A stretch of DNA of 64,000 nt from Myxococcota bacterium (GTDB taxonomy: Bacteria; Myxococcota_A; SURF-8): the NCBI GenBank assembly GCA_963674735.2, contig CAXXQS010000001.1, positions 2,528,001-2,592,000 on the forward strand, in the 5' to 3' direction. Numbering within the stretch: the first letter of the stretch is position 1; each line of letters opens with the position of its first letter. The translations under genes were made by a program, and so were the position numbers. The notes beneath the pieces are model-generated. The model had not been told where the DNA came from, did no database searches, and saw only the letters and a program-made list of their open reading frames with translations. Below, piece by piece: positions 59,516 through 64,000 of this stretch.

Positions 59516-60054
59516 CCAATCCGCCATTGCCCGATGCGGGCTATATCCATCTTTACACCGGTGACGGCAAAGGCAAAACGACCGCCGCGTTGGGGCTTGC
59601 CCTGCGGGCGGCGGGATACGGGTACCACGTCTTCATCGGACAGTTCATGAAAGGCATCGCTTACAGCGAACTGGCGGCGATCGAGCGCCTGGGCGAAGCC
59701 GTCACCCTCGAACGCTTCGGCGAAGATCAGATGGTTCACCCCCAAGCCCCGCGCGAAAGCGACCGCCAAAGGGCTCGCGACGGTCTCAAACAAGTGGCCG
59801 ACGCCATCGATTCCGGGGATTATCAGTTGGTGATTCTGGACGAAATCAACGTCACCGTGGCCTACGGGCTGCTGCCCGAAACCGAGGTTCTGGCTCTGCT
59901 GGATGCCAAGCCCGCCGGAGTCGAACTGGTGCTCACCGGCCGGGATGCGCCTGAAAGCTTTTTCAAACGCGCCGATCTGATCACCGAAATGCGGGAAGTA
60001 CGTCACTATTACGCCGACAAGGGGGTTTTGTCACGCCCGGGAATCGATCGCTGA
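59512..60054 (+). CDS. cobO: Cob(I)alamin adenosyltransferase (CobA/CobO/BtuR)
   Basis: YTGDGKGKTTAALG; QFMKG; ILDEIN; VLTGR; ADLITEM. Confidence 0.95.
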   Translation: MTNPPLPDAGYIHLYTGDGKGKTTAALGLALRAAGYGYHVFIGQFMKGIAYSELAAIERLGEAVTLERFGEDQMVHPQAPRESDRQRARDGLKQVADAIDSGDYQLVILDEINVTVAYGLLPETEVLALLDAKPAGVELVLTGRDAPESFFKRADLITEMREVRHYYADKGVLSRPGIDR

Positions 60055-60242
60055 AACAGAGGTTCATTCGGATCGGCTTGATTTTTGGTCGTTTTCTGGC
60101 ATGATAAGGCATCTGTCAAGCGTATACGGCCATCGTCGGACTTCCCCGACATGCACCGTTCGTCCAATAGCCGCCATTTCCCGTCGCCCTCATTCGGTAC
60201 GTTCAAGGGTGACACGGAGGCAGGCAAGGGAGGTTCCAAAAC

Positions 60243-61811
60243 GTGACCCCAGGTAGCGACGTTCAGTTCGGTAAATTCCGGCTTCTGACCAAGTTGGCCA
60301 CCGGCGGCATGGGTGAAATCTTTCTGGCCCGCCACATCGACCAGACCGACGCCCGTCCTCCCGTGGCCCTCAAACGCATTCTGCCGCATTACGCCAAAGA
60401 CCCGCGCTTCATCCGCATGTTTTTGCGCGAGGCTAAAATCATATCGGAAATCCGTCACCCCAACGTGGTGGGCACCCTCGATTTCGGCAAAGAGCAGGGC
60501 ACCTTCTACATGACCATGGAATTTGTGGATGGCGTCAACCTCGACCTGCTGCTTGACAAAGCCACCCAGGCCAGCGATCAGTGGTCCATCCCGGTCGCCA
60601 TCGAGATCGTCTCCCAAGCCCTGGCCGGGATATCGAGCGCACATACCCGCAAAGACGCCGAAGGCCGCTCGCTGAACATCGTTCATCTGGATCTGAGCCC
60701 GCACAACCTGGTGGCCTCTTTTAACGGCAATGTCAAAATCCTCGATTTCGGGATATCGAAAGCCATTTACCAGGACGACCAGAAGGCCTACAACGCCCTG
60801 CGCGGCACGTATGCTTATATGTCGCCCGAGCAGTGCCGTGAAGAAGAAGTCGACCCGCGTTCCGATCTCTTCACCCTCGGCGTTCTGCTTTACGAACTGG
60901 CGACTTTACAGCCGTTGTTCCGCAAACAGCAATCGGAATTCCTGATTCTCAAGGCCATCACGGAAGGCTCCGTGCCCTCACCCGGCGACGCCATCAAGAA
61001 TTTTCCCGACGACCTCGCCGAGGTCATCGCACGTGCGCTCGAAAAAGATCGCGACCGCCGTTTCGATTCGGCCGACGAATTTAAAAAAGCCTTACAGGAC
61101 GTGGTCGCCCGGCACCACTACGAGTCCGGGCCGGAATTGCTGGCGCGCACGCTCAACACCTTATTTCCCAATCACGTCAGCGTGCTCGACGAACTGCCGC
61201 AGGACCCGCAGAGTCCAACCGGCGAAATCAAAGCCGCCAAAAAGCCGTCCACGTTTGTCGAAGACCTGTTCGACGACCTGGAAGACGACGAACCCGAAAA
61301 ACCGACACACAAGAAACGCCACAAGCCATCGGCAAACAAACGCCGCCGCATGGATGCGGAGGAGCGCCCTCAGCGTTCGCGCAACCAACTCAAATCGGCT
61401 CTGTTGCCCGACGTCCTCCCCCCGGCCGAACAGATCGAAGTCATGCTGAATGCGCGCCAGCAGACGCGCAAAATGCTAAGCGTTTTTATTACGTTGATGC
61501 TGGTGATCGTCGCGGTCTTCGGATTTCAATACATCGAGAAAACGGGCTGGATGCAAGAAACGGTGGGCAGCACGTATTATATGCCCGAAACGGGGAAACT
61601 GTACATCAAAACCATCCCTGAAGGCGCAACGGTTTTCGTGGAACTGAAAAAGCAAGAGACACCGACTCCCCTGTTGATTTCCGATCTGCCGTTCGACGAA
61701 AGCCGGACGGTGGAAATCGTGATGGAAGGCTACGAATCGGTTCAGCGCCGGATCAAACTCACCCATCAATCGACCCTCGACGCCATTTTCGTGGAACTCA
61801 AAAAGAAATAA
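60243..61811 (+). CDS. Hanks-type Ser/Thr kinase with TM helix and C-terminal PEGA-like domain
   Basis: GGMGEIF; VALK; HLDLSPHN; DFGI; YMSPEQ; SDLFTLG; TM; IKTIPEGATV. Confidence 0.93.
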   Translation: MTPGSDVQFGKFRLLTKLATGGMGEIFLARHIDQTDARPPVALKRILPHYAKDPRFIRMFLREAKIISEIRHPNVVGTLDFGKEQGTFYMTMEFVDGVNLDLLLDKATQASDQWSIPVAIEIVSQALAGISSAHTRKDAEGRSLNIVHLDLSPHNLVASFNGNVKILDFGISKAIYQDDQKAYNALRGTYAYMSPEQCREEEVDPRSDLFTLGVLLYELATLQPLFRKQQSEFLILKAITEGSVPSPGDAIKNFPDDLAEVIARALEKDRDRRFDSADEFKKALQDVVARHHYESGPELLARTLNTLFPNHVSVLDELPQDPQSPTGEIKAAKKPSTFVEDLFDDLEDDEPEKPTHKKRHKPSANKRRRMDAEERPQRSRNQLKSALLPDVLPPAEQIEVMLNARQQTRKMLSVFITLMLVIVAVFGFQYIEKTGWMQETVGSTYYMPETGKLYIKTIPEGATVFVELKKQETPTPLLISDLPFDESRTVEIVMEGYESVQRRIKLTHQSTLDAIFVELKKK

Positions 61812-63110
61812 TCACGATAAAAATACCGGATCCGATTCGGAACGCCAGGCGACACGCCCCGCCTGCACGACCGTCCAGGCATGGTTGCGACCGACGTGGT
61901 ACACGAGGTACTCGGGACGCGGAATGTCGAGCAGCAGGACATCGGCGCTCAGCCCTTCCACCAGCGACCCGGTCTCGTACTCCAGCGCCAACGCCGCCGC
62001 CGCATGGCGCGTCACAGCCAGTACGACCTCCTCAAAGCTCATACGGAGTTGAGTGCAGCCCATATTGGCCACCCATTGCAGATTGCTGAAAACCGCCGAA
62101 CCGGGATTGAAGTCGCTGGCCAGAGCCACGCGCACCCCCGCCTCGATCAACGCGCGCGCCGGAGCATAACGTTGCAGCCCCAGATAATACGAGGTCGCGG
62201 GCAAGAGCCCGGCCACCACGTCCGACTGATGCAGGGCGGCCATACCCTCGGGCGAAACCGCCATCAGGTGGTCGGCGGCGATTGCACCCACTTCGCAGGC
62301 CACCAGCGCTCCACCCGAATCGACGAACTCGTCCGCGTGCAGGCGCAGCCCGAGCCCATGTTCGGAAGCCGCGATCAGGATGCGACTGGTTTGGGTGAGA
62401 TTGAAAACGCCTTCCTCGCAAAAGACATCACAGAAGCGCGCGATGCCCTGCTCCACCACCGCCGGGAGCATTTCGTCGATAACCAGATCGACATAGCCTT
62501 CGGGGTCGTTTTTATATTCGGGGGGAAACTCGTGCGCGCCCATGAACGTCGGCACCACGCGCATCGGCAGGGTATCGCGCAGCCGCCCGATCACGCGCAA
62601 CTGCTTCAGCTCGCTCTCGGTGGTCAATCCGTACCCGCTTTTGGCTTCGACGGTTGTCACGCCCAAGCGCAGCATGTCCTCCAGCCAGGCCCGGCTACGC
62701 CGATAAAGCGCGTCTTCGTCCGCCGCGCGGGTGGCGCGCACGGTGGCATTGATCCCGCCCCCTTCGGCGGCGATCTGCATATAGGGTACGCCGCTTATGC
62801 GCCGGGCGAATTCTTCCTCGCGGCTGCCGCCGAAAACCGGGTGGGTATGGCTGTCGATCAATCCGGGCATGGCCACCGCGCCACGGGCGTCGAGCGTCGC
62901 TTTGGCGTCGCTACGCCGTTGGGCATCCACCCCCGCTTCCGGTCCCACATACACCAGCCGGTCGCCACGCACCCCGATGGCCGCGTCGGCGATACGTCCC
63001 AACGCATCCTCTTGGGTGGCGCGTGCGGGATCGGCGGTAAGGCAGACGGAAAGGTTGTGTATCAGCAGATCGAAGGGCTGATCGCCGTTGCGGGTGGAGT
63101 GGTCGCACAT
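61812..63110 (-). CDS. hutI: Imidazolonepropionase
   Basis: PGLIDSHTHPVF; EAKSGYGL; MGAH; DVFCE; HADE; DFNPGS. Confidence 0.96.
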   Translation of the reverse strand: MCDHSTRNGDQPFDLLIHNLSVCLTADPARATQEDALGRIADAAIGVRGDRLVYVGPEAGVDAQRRSDAKATLDARGAVAMPGLIDSHTHPVFGGSREEEFARRISGVPYMQIAAEGGGINATVRATRAADEDALYRRSRAWLEDMLRLGVTTVEAKSGYGLTTESELKQLRVIGRLRDTLPMRVVPTFMGAHEFPPEYKNDPEGYVDLVIDEMLPAVVEQGIARFCDVFCEEGVFNLTQTSRILIAASEHGLGLRLHADEFVDSGGALVACEVGAIAADHLMAVSPEGMAALHQSDVVAGLLPATSYYLGLQRYAPARALIEAGVRVALASDFNPGSAVFSNLQWVANMGCTQLRMSFEEVVLAVTRHAAAALALEYETGSLVEGLSADVLLLDIPRPEYLVYHVGRNHAWTVVQAGRVAWRSESDPVFLS

Positions 63111-63143
63111 GCTCGCCTCCCCGTAAGGAATCGAATAAATCGT

Positions 63144-63170
63144 AAAAACGCCCCGGTTAAAGCCGGGGCG
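63144..63170 (-). terminator. Intrinsic terminator-like hairpin between hutU and hutI
   Basis: Minus strand CGCCCCGG-CTTTAA-CCGGGGCG followed by TTTTT. Confidence 0.7.
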
Positions 63171-63191
63171 GATACGTTGAAGTCAGGCGGC

Positions 63192-64000
63192 CTACCAGGT
63201 AAGGCCGGGAATCTTGACGCCGCGCTCGCGGGCCACCTGTTGCGCCTCTTCGTATCCGGCATCGGCGTGGCGCATGACGCCCGTTCCGGGGTCGGAGGTC
63301 AACACGCGCTCCAGCCGGACCGCCGCCGCCTCGCTTCCGTCGGCCACGATCACCATCCCGGCGTGCAGCGCGTAACCGATACCCACCCCGCCGCCGTGAT
63401 GATAGCTCACCCAGGTCGCGCCGTTGACGGCGTTCGCCAGCAGGTTGAGCACCGGCCAGTCGGCCACGGCATCGGAGCCGTCCTTCATGGCTTCCGTCTC
63501 GCGGTTGGGCGAGGCCACCGAACCGGAGTCGAGATGATCGCGTCCGATGACGATCGGCGCCTTGACCCGCCCCGAGGCCACCAGGTCGTTGAACAGTTTA
63601 CCCGCCTTGGCCCGTTCCCCGTAGCCCAGCCAGCAGATGCGCGAGGGCAAGCCCTGAAAATGCACCTGTTTCTGCGCCATCTTGAGCCAACGCACCAGCC
63701 CGGTGTTTTCGGGGAACAGCGCCATCAATTCGCGGTCGGTGGTGTAGATGTCTTCCGGATCGCCCGAGAGCGCCACCCAGCGAAACGGTCCCTTGCCTTC
63801 GCAGAACAAGGGTCGGATGTAGGCGGGAACGAAGCCGGGGAAGTCGAAGGCGTTTTTGACTCCCGCCTCCAAGGCCACCTGCCGGATATTGTTGCCGTAA
63901 TCGAAGGTGACGGCTCCGGCCCGTTGCATGGCCAGCATGGCTTCGACGTGCCGCACCACCGAGGCACGCGCCAGTTCGACGTATTTGTCCGGGTCGGCGG
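63192..64000 (-). CDS. hutU: Urocanate hydratase (3' part; runs off window end)
   Basis: FDYGNNIR; GPFRW; GRDHLD.GSVASP.RET; HHGGGVG; [10 protein letters not shown]. Confidence 0.97.
   Translation of the reverse strand, partial: ADPDKYVELARASVVRHVEAMLAMQRAGAVTFDYGNNIRQVALEAGVKNAFDFPGFVPAYIRPLFCEGKGPFRWVALSGDPEDIYTTDRELMALFPENTGLVRWLKMAQKQVHFQGLPSRICWLGYGERAKAGKLFNDLVASGRVKAPIVIGRDHLDSGSVASPNRETEAMKDGSDAVADWPVLNLLANAVNGATWVSYHHGGGVGIGYALHAGMVIVADGSEAAAVRLERVLTSDPGTGVMRHADAGYEEAQQVARERGVKIPGLTW

Noticed and set aside
60097-60112. Sigma54-like TGGCATG upstream of the kinase
   Set aside because: GG-to-GC spacing is 9 nt rather than 10
1-64000. CRISPR array, tRNA/rRNA, transposase, integrase, prophage or defence island
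   Set aside because: No regularly spaced direct repeats, cloverleaf motifs or matching protein signatures found by eye; short RNA genes could have been missed

Overview
A 64-kb, moderately GC-rich bacterial chromosomal segment, mostly core genome. The gene content points to a Myxococcota/'Deltaproteobacteria'-type diderm (inferred from Cys-rich Pal, ASH/choice-of-anchor-D lipoproteins, tandem PilZ, Hanks kinase-PEGA, RecG with an N-terminal extension and an S1 paralog). Housekeeping genes include nifS/iscS-xseB-tlyA-rrf2, pal-cpoB, sucCD, lgt, lptFG, uppS-cdsA, glk, greA-recG, a Na/Pi cotransporter-phoU pair, pyrR-pyrB-pyrC, gcvH-gcvPA-gcvPB, cobO and hutU-hutI. Large modular lipoproteins with acidic (P)DGD tethers and Cys-rich modules are interspersed. 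I saw no tRNA, rRNA, CRISPR array, transposase or prophage. The best candidates for something new are: (1) a coupled three-gene operon encoding an ECF S-component-like protein, an EcfT-like/THEP1-type NTPase fusion and a TonB-dependent receptor, with no ABC ATPase; (2) a structured, terminator-containing pyrR leader lacking the canonical PyrR-binding loop; (3) a shared DGD tether on predicted surface lipoproteins; (4) two ASH-stalk adhesin paralogs with different tips; (5) a 164-bp MITE-like element that overlaps a stop codon, and a REP-like doublet. All calls come from reading motifs by eye; no database searches were run.
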